From Malacoraja senta (taxonomy: Eukaryota), in the NCBI GenBank assembly GCA_038087875.1, contig JAXLNO010002534.1:1-64000 (forward strand): DNA of 64,000 bases, in the 5' to 3' direction. The notes under the pieces were generated by a model. That model did not search any database. It was not told where the DNA came from and saw only the letters and a list, made by a program, of their open reading frames with translations. This document shows, in pieces, positions 23,968 to 37,200 of the stretch. Made by a program: the position numbers and the translations under genes. Position 1 is the stretch's first letter, and every line of letters starts with the position of its first letter.

Positions 23968-24656
23968 CTCCAGTGAGTCCCATAGCACGTACTCCTGCAG
24001 TCTGGAATGGACAGATGATGTTTTGGGTCAGACGCTTCTTCAGACTGATTGTAATAGAAAGCTGAAAAAGAGATGTGGGGCTGGGACAAAGCCTGGCAAG
24101 TGATACAGGTGATAAGACACAAAATGCTGGAGTAACTCAGTGGGACAGGCAGCATCTCTGGAGAGAAGGAATGGGTGACTTTTCAGGTCGAGATTCTTCT
24201 TCAGACTAGTTGGGATTAGGGAAACAAGAGATATAGAAAATGATGTAGAGAGATAAAGAACAATGAATGAAAGATATGCAAAAAAGTAACGATGATAAAG
24301 GAAACAGGCCATTGTTATTTATTTGTTGGGTGAAAACGAGAAGCTGGTGCGACTAGAGAATGGATTTTGATAAACAGGTGTAGTAAGTGGCAACGGCTAG
24401 AGGTGAAAAGGTGACAAAGGGTCTGAAGAAGGGTCTCGACCCGAAACATCACCCATTCCTTCTCTCCAGAGATGTTGCCTGTCCCGCTGAGTTACTCCAG
24501 CTTTTTGTGTCTTATCACCTGTAACACTTGCCAGGCTTTGTCCCAGCCCCACATCTCTTTTTCAGCTTTTTATTACAATCAGTCTGAAGAAGCGTCTGAC
24601 CCAAAACATCTGTCCATTCCAGATTGCAGGAGTACGGGCTGAGGGACTCACTGGAG
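23968..24656. repeat. ~237-bp inverted repeat with 214-bp spacer, two hammerhead-like motifs per arm
   Basis: Arms 23968-24206 and 24421-24656 are near reverse complements. Confidence 0.88.
24421..24453 (+). ncRNA. Hammerhead motif in non-autonomous copy
   Basis: GTCTGAAGAAGGGTCTCGACCCGAAACATCACC. The core is intact and stem II is GGGT-CTCG-ACCC. ACGT has decayed to ACAT. Confidence 0.6.
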
Positions 24657-25064
24657 AGTTTTAACCAGCATCAGCAGTTCCTTCCTGTACATCCTGCCTT
24701 GTGCAGCATTGTTCTGTGTTTACAAATAGAGTGTAAATAAAACTTGGCATCCTCTGTACCATTTAAATTAATTATGATTGATGTATATTTTTATTCCATG
24801 CAATCCTACAAAGTATCCCACAAATACACCACTCGGCAGCATTCAGTGGATGGTGCCTGAGGCAAGGCAGCTCTTTGAACTAGTTCATAGATCACATTTG
24901 TATTCTTTTTACATTGTCTTTTACAATTTTAGTTGACCAATTAGTTTAAATCTTTTTCCCCCAAGTCACTGAACTTTTTCCACAGGAAGTACTTTTTTAT
25001 GGCCCATTCTAGTGAGAATATTGATGACTGAAAAACAAGAAAACTGTTCTTCTGTACTCACTCT

Positions 25065-25790
25065 AAACTCATGACTGCGCAGCCAGACATAGTCCGAACT
25101 CCATCATCAAGTTCGCCGACGACACCACTGTTGTGGGACGAATCACTGATGGTGATGAGTCAGAGTATATTAGTGAGATCGACCGATTGACCAAATGGTG
25201 CCAGCACAATAACCTGGCCCTCAACACCAGTAAAACCAAGGAACTGATTGTGGACTTTGGAAGAGGTAGGATATGAACCCACAATCCCGTTTATATCCCG
25301 GGACGATGGTGGAAAGGGTCAAGAACTTCAAATTCCTGGGCGTGCATATTTCCGAAGATCTTTCCAGGTCCCAGCACACTGATGCAATTATAAAGAAGGC
25401 ACATCAGCGCCTCTACTTCCTGAGAAGATTACGGAGAGTTGGTATGTCAAGGAGGTCTCTCTCGGACTTGTACAGGTGCACAGTAGAGAGCATGCTGACT
25501 GGTTGCATCGTGGCTTGGTTCGGCCACTTGAACGTCCAGGAGCGGAAAAGAATCCAGAAAGTTTGTGACTACTGCCCAGTCCATCTTCGGCTCTGACCTC
25601 CCTTCCATCGAAGGGATCCATCGCAGTCGCTGCCTCAAAATGGCTGCCAACATCATCAAAGACCCACACCATCCTGGCCACACTCATCTCTCTGTTTTAT
25701 CTCTGTATTATGTTTACATATTCTGTTGTGCTGCAACAGGCAAGAATTCATTGTCCTATCTGGGACACATGACAATAAAACTCTCTTGAC
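25065..25790 (+). mobile_element. Rex1/Babar-like LINE 3' fragment
   Basis: SIIKFADDTTVVG and VERVKNFKFLGVHISEDL..KKAHQRLYFLRRL. Confidence 0.85.
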
Positions 25791-25809
25791 TTTTGGGCAG
25801 CACTATTAT

Positions 25810-26120
25810 GGGTGGCACGGTGCAGTAGAGGTAGAGTGACTGCCTCACAGTGCCAGAGACCCGGGTTCGATCCTGACTATAGGTGCAGTCTGTATGGAGG
25901 TTGTACTTTCTCCCCGTGATCTGCATGGGTTTTCTCCAAGACCATCGATTTTCTCCCACACTCCAAAGACGTACATGTTTATAGGTTAATGGGCTTGGTG
26001 TAAATATTAAATTGTCCCACGTTTGTGTGTAAGGTAGCGTTAAGGTGCGTGAATCGCTGTCCGGTGCAGACTCGGTGGGCCAAAGGGCCTGTTTCTGCTC
26101 TATATCTCTAAACTAAACTA
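25810..26120 (+). mobile_element. HE1-like SINE
   Basis: Full-length copy. Confidence 0.87.
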
Positions 26121-26435
26121 TTAACATGTGCACCAAATCACTGAGGAGAATAAAGTCACCGAACACAGAAATTTGTGTCATAGTTTAAAATAAGGGATAG
26201 GCCATTTAGGAATGAGATAAGGAAAAACGTTTTCACCCAGAGAGTTGTATATCTGTGGTATTCTTTGCCACAGAAGGCAGTGGAGACCAATTCACTGGAT
26301 GTTTTCAAGATAGAGTTAGATTTAGCTCTTAGGGCTAATGGAATCAAGGATATGGGTAAAAAGCAGGAACGGGGTACTGATTTTGGATGATCAGCATGCG
26401 TGCTGGCGCGGTCTTCACCCTCTGACATCTAGATT

Positions 26436-26875
26436 ATGAAGGGTATCTTCAACTCAGGCCTAGGGACGTGGAGATATGGGTTGTTAACATTGAGCTACAT
26501 CAATTCGCCGGTGGGCTCCAGCGACATCCCTGTCCTTGGTCAAACTCACTTACTCGTGATTATGCTCATGGCGCTGAGTTCAGCGCAACGGGTCCAGTCA
26601 TTGCATAAGTTAACACTGGATAAGAAGATCTGCGGGCAATAATAAGGTTTTATGTTTATGACTTAGTCAAGCAGAGTAGACCAGGGGCATAAGGTCAAAT
26701 TAGATGTTTGCATATCCCATGGACCTTGGGTTGTGTGGGGTCACACATCTACACCAGAATGTTAAGGTCCCTAAGAGCCTTATAGACTCTGAACTAGCAA
26801 TATTGTTAGTTACATAAAACCTCGTTAGAAGGTATCACTACAGACCATCTCCAGGGGGTTAAACGGGTCTGGCTT
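26436..26875 (+). pseudogene. DIRS-type tyrosine recombinase remnant
   Basis: Collinear degraded motifs across frames: KGIFN, MLMALSSAQRVQSLHKL, LVKQSRPG, AYP.D..LC, VSYIKP and KVSLQTISR. Confidence 0.72.
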
Positions 26876-27504
26876 ACGTGCCTACTCCTGCACCTACAGT
26901 ATTTTCTATGTTTCCATGTAAATCTCACATTCCAATTAATCTCCTCTCTCAATTTTCCCACCACCCACATTCACTTGGGGAAAATTACCTTCCAGTCAAA
27001 TAACCTGATCCTACCTCACAAATGTTTATAAACACTTTAAGTGTAACCTTGTTAAATGTCTTCTGAACAGAAGTGATTCATCTTCCCATTTTCTCTACCA
27101 TCTCAAAAATGTACATACTTCAGCCGGCATAACTACACTTTTACACATCCTTACTCTTCTCTCTGATATATTCACAGCAGGTCAAGAGCACAATTGCTCA
27201 AGCCCTGAGGAATGTATTGCTGGACTCGACTCTCAATATTAATCAGCAAAAGACCCATGTTCTAGGCTATGATTACATTACAAATCTATCAAACAACCTT
27301 TCCATTTTCAGTGGAAAATAAGGTAAAATAATGACATGGTGCTATAAACTTGACACAGAAATATAACATGTTGGAAATGATCCAACAGCATCTGTGGAGG
27401 TAAATAGAGTTGCAACATTTTAGTTGCCAAATTAAATGATGAAGGTCTAGAATGTGAATTCAGATTTCCTCTCCTTAAGCTTGAACTTTTCCTTGCTTTC
27501 TGGG

Positions 27505-27785
27505 TATTTAGTTTAATTTAGAGATACAGTGCAGAAACAGGCCACTGAATCCTCGCCGACCAGCGATCCCCGCACACTATCACTATTCTATGCACACTTG
27601 GGAGAATTTAGAATTTTACTAAGCCAATTGGTATGTCATTGGAATGTGGGAGGAATCCGGAGGAAACCTGCACCTGTCATGGGAAGTACGTACAAACTCC
27701 ATGCAGAGAGAAACCGTAGTCAGGATCAAACCCGGGTCCCTTACGCTGTAAGGCTGCAGCTCTGCCGCTGCACCACCGTGCTGAA
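27505..27785 (-). mobile_element. HE1-like SINE
   Basis: Reverse copy. Confidence 0.85.
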
Positions 27786-28819
27786 CCATATTTTTAGCAT
27801 TTCCTGCCAAATCCTAAACTGTATCAGAAGATGACTTCGCATGCAGTCTTGGTCTTATGCCATTTCAAATATTGTTTTGAAAATATTACTACAATGGTTT
27901 ATGAATAATAGAAGTGACTTACTATACCAGTTAAAAATCATTGTGAAAAATTTAATTCCCTCCAAATTACATTCCCTTCTGTTGTGCAGCAAGTAAGAAT
28001 TTCATTGTCCTATCTGGGACATATGACAATAAAATACTCGTGACTCTTGAAGATGTGAGGAAGGGTCTCAACCTGAAATGTCACCTATTTCTTTTTGCCA
28101 GAAATGCTGCATGACCCACTGAGTTACTCCAGCATTTTGTGTCTATCTTCGGTGTAAACCAGCATCTGCAGTTCCTTCTTACAAAGATGTCCCTCTACCA
28201 CCTGAGTTCCTGCAGCAGTTGTTTTTATGATACTAGGTTGACATGCATTTGAGACATGCTGTGAGCTTTCCTTCAAAGCAGGAGGACAATTAAGCCCATA
28301 TGCTCAATCCATGCACATTTTTAACAATGACGTATTGTAAAGCCTTAACAGTACAATTTACATTCAACTTTCAGATAATGCATTCGACCACAAACAGATG
28401 TCCATCTCATTAAATTCTACCAGATAAGGCTTGGAAAGTCTGAAAAAGGGTCTCAACCTGAAACACCACCCATTCCTTTTCTCCAGAGATGCTGCCCGGC
28501 CCACTGAGTTCCTCCAGCTTTCTGTGTCTATCATTGAAAGACATTCTCCCTCCCCCACACTTCCTGCAGCTTAACATGCTTCTTTTTTTCTCCTAGAAAA
28601 AGACACAAAGTGCTGGGACAACTCGACGGGTCAGGCAGTATCATTGGAAAACATGGATATGTGGTGTTGTGGAACAGGATCCTTCTTCAGACTCATTGTG
28701 GGAGGTTGGGGGGGGGGTGGTATCGGCATTGTAGAGGCGGAGGAGGAGGGGGAGATGAAGGAAACTGGATGAAAGGAGGGGCAGGTAATAGGTGAACATA
28801 GGTGAGGAGGCGGTAATGG

Positions 28820-29500
28820 GGGGAAGTTGATAGGGAGATTATTGGACAAGGGCCAGAGATAAAAATACAGAAGGTGCGCAACAAAATAATTGAAAAGTTG
28901 CAAATGGCAAATTTAGAAGGAAGGGGGTGAGGAGGGAAATAGGTGCAAGTCCAGATGGGCTGCAGGGGAGGGGGGCAATGGTGGGGAGAAATATGGGTGT
29001 GGGGGAGAAAGGGGAGGAGGAGGAGGAGGAGGAGAGTAGGGCTTAGGTTTCCTAAAATTGGCGAGTTCAATATTCACACCATCAGGTTGAAAGCTACCCA
29101 AGAAGAATATTAGGGGCTGTTTGCATGTGACCTCACACTGGCAATGGAGGAGACCCAAGACAGAAAGGTCAATATGGCAATGGGAAAGGAAGTTCAAATG
29201 GTTAGCAACCAGGAGATCCAGTGCAGAAGTCCATGGCAGATCCAGTGCATATTTTCGGCGAAATGGTCGTGGAGTCAATGCTTGGTCTCGTCGATATACA
29301 GGAGGCCACATTGGGAACACCGGATGCAATAGAACAGTTTAGAGAAGGTGTACATGAACGTCTTGTCTCACCTAGAAGGACTGCTATGGTCCCTCAAGGC
29401 AGACCACAGAGGAGGTAAAGGAACAGATGTTACATCTGCAGTTGCAGGGGAGATTACCTGGGATTCGATGGTTTGTGTGGGAAGTGATGAGAATTTTAGG
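28820..29500 (-). mobile_element. Diverged Penelope-like 3' fragment
   Basis: DLSVLGLLHCQCE..LIFFLGSFQPDGVNIEL matches the GIY-YIG C-terminus. Confidence 0.75.
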
Positions 29501-30559
29501 TAACCTACCCCCCCATTTCTTCCCCTCCCCTGTGCCCCATCTGGACTTGCATCTATTTCTGCCCTCCCCCGTCCCCTTCATCCATTCCTCTATTTTCACA
29601 ATTCACCATTCTTTAATTCCTTTTGTCTTTTCATCTCTGGCCTTTGTCCAATCATTTGCCTGTCGGAAAATCCTCTCTACAACATTTTAGTTTAGTTTAT
29701 TGTCACGTGTACAGAGGTACAGTGAAAAGCTTTTGTTGCCTGTTAACCAGTCAGCGTAAAGACAATACATGATTACAAACTAACCATTTACAGTGTAGAG
29801 ATACATGATGAGGGAATAACATTTAGTGCAAGGTAAAGCCAGTAAAGTCCGATCAAAGAAAGTCCGAGGGTCACCAATGATGCAGATAGTAGTTCAGGAC
29901 TGCTCTCTCATGTTGGTATCTATCACCTATCATCTGCCATACTTTGTTCTGCCCCTCCTCTCTTCCAGCTTTATTTACCCCCACAATCAGTTTGAAGAAT
30001 GGTCCTGACCCAAAACCTTAGCATCCCACGCTCTCCAGTAATGCTGCCCGTCCCACTGAGTTATTCCAAAACTGTGTCTTATTTTGTTAACCAGCATCTT
30101 CAGTTCCTCCTTTCTTCTTTCTCCTCCTTCCCAGTCCTGAAGGGTCTCTGGCCTGAAACATTAGCTCTGCTTTCCTGCCCACAGATGCGGCCTGACCTAC
30201 TGCATATTGCCAGTGTGTTCGGTATTTTACTAAAGTCAATTTAAAAAATAATATTCCTGCATGCGTTAATGAATCACTATCCTTTTCAACTATGTTCAAG
30301 GTATGAACATTTCAGCATGCAATTCTACCGTAAAAATATCATAAAAATACCAAACAACAGTGTTATTCAAACAAGTAGTTAATATCGAGACATGTTGGAA
30401 TCTTGAGCAATGAAATACTGGAGGAACTCAGTGAGTCAGGCAGCATCTGTGGCTGGAATGGACAGGTAATTTTTGAGTCAGGACCCATCTTCAGTAGTTT
30501 AAATAGTTTTGAATCTAGCTACTTGCAATAAATCAGTAATTTTAGTGGTTTTTATGGTT

Positions 30560-30870
30560 AGTTTAGAGTTACAGCATGGAAACAGGCCCTTCGGCCCACT
30601 GAGTCCATGCTGACCATTGATCTACCATTCACTCTAGTTATTCCACTTTCTCGTCCATTCTTTACACACTAGGGGCAATTTACATAGGACAATTAACCTA
30701 CAAAGCTGCATGCCTTTGGGTTGTGGGAGGAAACCGGAACACCTGGAGGAAACCCACTCGGTCACAGTGAAAATGTGCAAACTCCACATAGACAGACCTG
30801 AAGTCAGGATTGAACCTGGGTCTCTGGCGCTATGAGGCAGCAACTCTCTACCATTGCACCACTGTGCTGT
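30560..30870 (-). mobile_element. HE1-like SINE
   Basis: Reverse copy. Confidence 0.85.
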
Positions 30871-31496
30871 ACTTCACAAAACCCATTAGCCAGATCAACA
30901 CACGTAAATGGCAAAAAAAAATCAAAGGAGCATTGGCGGCCATGGGTGCCTGTGTTATATGGAAAATAAATTGGGAGGAATAGGACTGATGAATGAAAGA
31001 ATGATTGAATGATACTCTATTGTCACATGTACCCAAGGTACCTGGGTATAGTGAAATGCTTTGTTTTCCATACAACCTCAGTCTATCCTTGACCGGACTT
31101 TGCTGGCTTCACCTTGCACTAAACATTATTCCTTTATCATGTGTCTCTACACGGTAAATGCATTGATTGTAATCATGTATTGTCTTTCTACTGACTGGTT
31201 AGTAAGCAACAAAAAGCTTTTCACTGTACCTCGGTACATGTGACAATAAACTAAACTGAACCTGGGCAGTACAAAAATGTCGTCATGTGTTGGCGCAGAC
31301 AAAGTTACAAAGTACCGAACAGTCCTATCCACTGCCTGTTGCCGCACATGGCAGCAGACCCCATCCCCACCAGTTCCCCCTTCCCCACAGTTCCCCCTTT
31401 GTTCTCGCCCCCCCCCCAATGGGACAGCCTCCCTGTGCTGAATGCCCTACGTCTACAATGTTCTAAGTATAAGATTAGATTAAGCAATGCTCACTG

Positions 31497-33200
31497 TTGG
31501 ACTTTGTACATGACCCCACTGACGAGCACCAGGCCACCATCTCCAGCACCATCACCAACTTCATCCACTCCCACGCCCTGCCCGAACGAGCCTCCAACCT
31601 CATCGTTCCCCAGCCCCGCACAGCCCGCTTTTACCTTCTCCCCAAAATCCACAAACCTGACTGTCCCGGTAGACCCATTGTCTCTGCCTGTTCTTGCCCC
31701 ACCGAACTCATCTCCACCTACCTCGACTCCATACTATCCCCCTTGGTTAAATCCCTCCCCACCTATGTTCAAGACACCTCAGACACTCTCCGTCATCTCC
31801 GCGCATTCCACTCTCTAGGCCCTCACCCCCTCATCTTCACCATGGACGTCCAGTCACTGTACACCTCCATCCCCCACCAGGATGGTCTCAAAGCCCTCCG
31901 TTTTTTCCTCGACCGGAGAAGCAATCTATACCCGGCCACTGACACCCTCCTCCGCCTAGCGGAGCTGGTACTTACACTTAATAACTTTTCATTCGACTCC
32001 TCCCATTTCCTCCAAATACAAGGCGTAGCTATGGGCACACGCATGGGCCCCAGCTACGCCTGCCTCTTTGTCGGGTACGTAGAACAATCCCTGTTCAATG
32101 CGTACCAGGGCCCCATCCCCGACCTCTACCTCCGCTACATCGATGATTGTTTTGGTGCCACATCCTGCACCCACACACAACTGACTGACTTCATCCGCTT
32201 CACCACCAACTTCCATCCGGCACTTAAATACACCTGGACCATTTCCGACACTTCCCTACCATTCCTTGACCTCACTATCTCCATCGCAGGTGATAGACTC
32301 CTTACCGACATCCACTACAAACCTACCGACTCCCATGGCTATCTGGACTACACTTCTTCCCACCCTGCTTCCTGTAAGGACTCCATCCCCCACTCCCAAT
32401 TCCTCCGTCTACGCCGCATCTGCTCCCAGGATGAGGCGTTCCACACCAGGGCATCTGAAATGTCCTCATTCTTCAGGGAACGGGGGTTCCCCTCCTCCAC
32501 CATAGATGAGGCTCGCACCAGGGTCTCTGCCATACCCCGCAACACTGCTCTCTCTCCCCATCCCCCCACTCACAACAAAGGCAGAGTCCCCCTAGTCCTC
32601 ACCTTTCACCCCACCAGCCGTCACATACAACAAGTGATCCTCCGTCAGTTTCGCCACCTCCAACGTGACCCCACCACTCGCCACATCTTCCCATCTCCCC
32701 CTATGTCTGCCTTCCGCAAAGACCGCTCCCTCCGTAACTCCCTTGTCAATTCTTCCCTTCCCTCCCATACCACCCCCTCCCCTGGTACTTTCCCTTGCAA
32801 CCGCAAGAGATGCAACACTTGTCCCTTCACTTCCCCCCTCCACTCCATTCCAGGACCCAAGCAGTCGTTCCAGGTGCGACAGAGGTTCACCTGCATCTCC
32901 TCCAACCTCATCTATTGCATTCGCTGCTCTAGATGCCAGCTGATCTACATCGGTGAGACCAAGCGGAGGCTTGGCGATCGTTTCGCCGAACACCTCCGGT
33001 CGGTCCGCAATAACCAACCTGAACTCCCGGTGGCTCAGCACTTCAACTCCCCCTCCCATTCCGTATCTGACCTCTCTGTCCTGGGTCTCCTCCATGGCCA
33101 CAGCGAGCAACACCGTAAATTGGAGGAAATGCACCTCATATTCCGCTTGGGCAGTCTACACCCTGGTGGCCTGAACGTTGAATTCTCCCAATTCTGCTAG
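31497..33200 (+). CDS. Penelope-like element RT + GIY-YIG endonuclease, 5'-truncated, 567 codons open
   Basis: RT motifs DVQSLYTSIP, GVAMGTRMGPSYACLF, RYIDDCF and LPFLD. Cys linker CNRKRCNTC. GIY-YIG region NLIYCIRCSRCQLIYIGETKRRLGDRFAEH. Followed by a tail to about 33445. Confidence 0.93.
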   Translation: MDFVHDPTDEHQATISSTITNFIHSHALPERASNLIVPQPRTARFYLLPKIHKPDCPGRPIVSACSCPTELISTYLDSILSPLVKSLPTYVQDTSDTLRHLRAFHSLGPHPLIFTMDVQSLYTSIPHQDGLKALRFFLDRRSNLYPATDTLLRLAELVLTLNNFSFDSSHFLQIQGVAMGTRMGPSYACLFVGYVEQSLFNAYQGPIPDLYLRYIDDCFGATSCTHTQLTDFIRFTTNFHPALKYTWTISDTSLPFLDLTISIAGDRLLTDIHYKPTDSHGYLDYTSSHPASCKDSIPHSQFLRLRRICSQDEAFHTRASEMSSFFRERGFPSSTIDEARTRVSAIPRNTALSPHPPTHNKGRVPLVLTFHPTSRHIQQVILRQFRHLQRDPTTRHIFPSPPMSAFRKDRSLRNSLVNSSLPSHTTPSPGTFPCNRKRCNTCPFTSPLHSIPGPKQSFQVRQRFTCISSNLIYCIRCSRCQLIYIGETKRRLGDRFAEHLRSVRNNQPELPVAQHFNSPSHSVSDLSVLGLLHGHSEQHRKLEEMHLIFRLGSLHPGGLNVEFSQFC

Positions 33201-33312
33201 CCCTGGCTGTCCCCTCCCCTTCATCAGCCATCTGGTTGTCTCCTCCCCTCCCCCAACCCTCGGGCTCCTCCTCCTCCTTTTCCTTTTTTCCTTTCTTCTC
33301 CCCACCCCCTAT

Positions 33313-33347
33313 CAGTCTGAAGAAGGGTTTCGGCCCGAAACGTTACC
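33313..33347 (+). ncRNA. Minimal type I hammerhead ribozyme motif at Penelope 3' end
   Basis: CAGT-CTGAAGA-A-GGGT(TTCG)GCCC-GAAA-CGTT-AC. It has the core CUGANGA and GAAA, stem II with a UUCG loop, and the palindromic ACGU in place of helix III. Hammerheads are an established feature of Penelope-like elements. Activity is untested. Confidence 0.75.
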
Positions 33348-33858
33348 TATTTCCTTCGCTCCATAGATGCTGCTGCACCCGCTGAGTTTCTCCAGCATTT
33401 TTGTGTACCTTCGATTTTCCAGCATCTGCAGTTCCTTCTTTAAAACCTTTATTACTTTGTTGGTCTCTTTGAATACAAACATTCTTGGGTGTTCTTGTCT
33501 GTACAAACTAAAATGTGTTGGTTTCTCTGTGACGTTTGAATTCGGGTATCATGCTCACCAATCTTTTTTAGCAGATGCAGCATGGAAACAGGCCTTTCTG
33601 CCCACTGAGTCTGCACTGACCATCAATCACCCATACACTAGTTCTATGTTTTCCCTGTTTCACATCCAACACACTCAGGGCAATTTACAGCGGCCAATAA
33701 ACCTACAAACCCACACGTCTTTGGAACGTGGGACGAAACAATAGACAATAGAGAATAGACAATAGGTGCAGGAGTAGGCCATTTGGCCCTTCGAGCCAGC
33801 ACCGCCATTCAATGTGATCATGGCTGATCATCCCCAATCAGTACCCCGTTCCTGCCTT

Positions 33859-33892
<34 letters not shown>

Positions 33893-34280
33893 TTTTATTT
33901 TTTAGAAGTACGGTAGATTACAGTAATGTACAACACGTATATATTAATACATTTTTTGTACCGCTTCACTTTTTTAAACTTTAAGAAAGAAAAAGAAAGA
34001 AGTAAGAAAAGTGAAGAAAGTGCACAAAGGTTGTGAAGTGCAAAAGAGTGTTGGGAAAAGAAAGCCCCTTAGAAAAGAAGTTAGAGAAGGAAGTAAAGTT
34101 AGAAAATAGACCCTAGAAAAAAAAAGAGAAAGAAAGAAGGAACAATCGCTCTATTATAATTCTTATACCATACTTCATAGAGAAGGAACTACCAACCAAG
34201 TCTGTTTTTATTTTACCTCCCATTACCAGGTCCAGATACCTTTTATTTATTTATTTGTTTTTCTAAATTACTATTGCACC

Positions 34281-37200
34281 TCATGCTTGTAATAGGTCCA
34301 AAAACGTAGACCACGTCTTTTGAAATTGATCTACTTTGCCTACTAGGAGGAATCTCATCTCTTCCAGATGTAATGTTTCCAACATATTTGATGTCCACAT
34401 TTTTATTGTTGGTGTGGGCGCATTTTTCCAGAATTTAAGTATAAGCTTTTTTCCCATTATTAGCCCATAATTGAGTAAATTCTTCTGATACACGTTTAAT
34501 TCAGGAATACCTTCCGATATTCCAAAAATAATCCATTCTGGTTTTGGTACCAGTTTTATTTTGATTAATTTTGAAAAAATATCAAATATTTCAAACCAGA
34601 ATTTTTGGATTTTTGTACAAAAAACAAAAGAATGTGCTATGGTAGCTTCTTGACATATACATTTATCACAGATTGGTGAGACGTTAGGAAAGATTTTATT
34701 TAGTTTGGTTTTTGAATAATATAATCTATGTAATGTTTTAAATTGGATAAGCGTATGTCGTACGTTGATCGAGCATTTATGCACCTGTAATAAATGATTA
34801 TCCCAACTCTCTTTTGAAATTTTTATACCTAGATCTTGTTCCCAATCTCTTCTAATTCCATCTGTTGTGGGTATTTCTATATTTAAGATGATATTATATA
34901 AGTATGATATTAAATTAACTGATTCCGCCTTTGTCTTCATTGCTTCATCTAGTAAGTCGGAAGGCATATTATAATAATCTTTTGTGTGTGTTTTCAAATA
35001 GTCACAGATTTGTAGATATTTAAAATATTGATTATTTTTCAAATTATATTTCAGTTGTAGTTGTTGGAATGATAGTAATTTTTCTAATTCATACAGATCT
35101 TCGAGCGTTTTAATTCCCATTCTTTCCCATTGTATAAATGCTTTATCTATGATTGAAGGTTTAAACGATGGGTTATTGACTATTGGTATTAAGAGAGATA
35201 GGTTTCTTAATTTTAGATTCTGTTTTATTTGCTTCCATGTTCTAATAGTGCTATATATAATTGGATTTTTATTATAATTTTTATTATTCAAATTTATTGG
35301 AGAGAGAATAATCGCTCCTATATTATTCGGGGAGCAATCCCCTTTTTCCATTATAATCCAGTCCACCTGCTGGGCAGAATTGTCCAGCAGGTGAATCATA
35401 TTTTTAATATTTACTGCCCAGTTATAATACATAAAGTTAGGGAGCGCTAGACCCCCCAACTCTTTTCGTTTGTTAAGGTGTGTTCTTTGTATTCTGTGGG
35501 ATTTGTAATCCCATATAAAATTTGTAATGTCTGAGTCCAGTTTTTTGAAAAACTTTTTTGGGAGATATATAGGTATTGATTGAAATAGGTAAAGGATTTG
35601 TGGCAAGAAAATCATTTTTATAGCATTTATCCTACCTATTAAGGACATCGGAAGTGTTTTCCAAAATTTAATCAGATTATTTAATTTCTTAAGTAGGGGA
35701 TTATAATTAGCTTTAAACATATCATGGTAATTTCTAGTAATCTCAATTCCTAAATATTTGAATTTTTCCATAGCTATTTTAAAAGGGAATTTCCTGAGAT
35801 GTGTTGAGTCTTTTGGTTTAATCGACATAATTTCACTTTTGTTCCAATTTATTCTATATCCTGAAAAGGATCCAAAGTCCTCAATTAAGTTTAATATATT
35901 TGGTATACTAATTTGTGGTTTTGTGATGTACAGTAGTACATCATCAGCATATAGGGATAGTTTGTTGTTTGAATATTTTGTGTTATAACCGTGAATATTC
36001 GAGTGTGTTCTTATTTTTTCAGCAAGGGGTTCAATTACCAAAGCAAATAACAGCGGTGATAGTGAACATCCTTGTCTGTTGCCCCTAGATAATTCGAATT
36101 TTGAAGATAATATATTATTAGTTAGTATTCTAGCCGTAGGTTTGTTATATAGTAGTTTTATCCATGCAATAAAGTTTTCTCCCAATTGGAATTTTTGCAA
36201 TACTTTGATCATATAGTCCCATTCTACTTGATCAAACGCTTTTTCTGCGTCCAGTGAGATGATAGCTAACTCTTGGTCATCAGATTTATGTGAATGCATT
36301 ATGTTAAGCAAACGTCTCAAATTATTAAATGAGTGTCTCTTAGGTATAAATCCTGTTTGATCCTCATGTATTAGTCTACTAACATACTTGCTTAATCTAT
36401 TGGCTAATGTTTTTGCTATTATTTTCTGATCCGTATTTAACAAAGCAATAGCTCTATATGATCCTGGTTCTTCTATATTTTTATCTTTTTTAAGTATTAA
36501 TATGATCGTTGATTCCGCTAGTGTTTCAGGTAGGTTTTGCTCTTTATAAGCATATGTATACATTTTTTGTAATCGTGGAGTAACTATATCATAAAAAGAT
36601 TTATAAAATTCATTACTGAATCCGTCTGGTCCTGGTGTTTTTCCATTTTTTAGTGTTTTTATTGTGTCTTCTATCTCCTTAGAAGTAATTTGTGCTCCCA
36701 GTTCCTCTTGTTCCCTGCGTTCTAATTGTGGTAGATTACAATTATCTAAAAATTCTGAGATTTTATTATTGTCTATTGACGTTTTAGATGTGTATAGATT
36801 CTGGTAAAATTGAGCAAATCTTTTATTAATATCCTTGGGTAGTGTTAATACTTCCCCTCTATCTGATTTAATCTTTAATATTGCATTCTCTTTTTCCCGT
36901 TTTTTAAGTTGTCGTGCTAGAAGTTTGTGGGGTTTGTCCCCGAATTCGAAGTGTTCTTGTTTTGTGATTTGAAATAATGTTATAACTTTCTCTGACAGTA
37001 ATTTATTTAACTGAAATTTCAGTAGTAGTATTTTATTATGTTTATCCATAGTTGGGTCTTTAGCATTATCTATATCTAACTGTTTTATTTGATCTTCTAA
37101 GTGTCTTTGTTCATTCTTATTCTTTTTATTTTGATAAGCTTGAAATGAAATAATGACTCCTCTTATAAATGCTTTGAAGGATTCCCATAATAACGTGGGG

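Noticed and set aside
31285-33174. Multiple alternative-frame and antisense ORFs over Penelope copies (also at 45894-47259 and 53469-54107)
   Set aside because: These are shadows of the C-rich Penelope ORF, caused by compositional skew.
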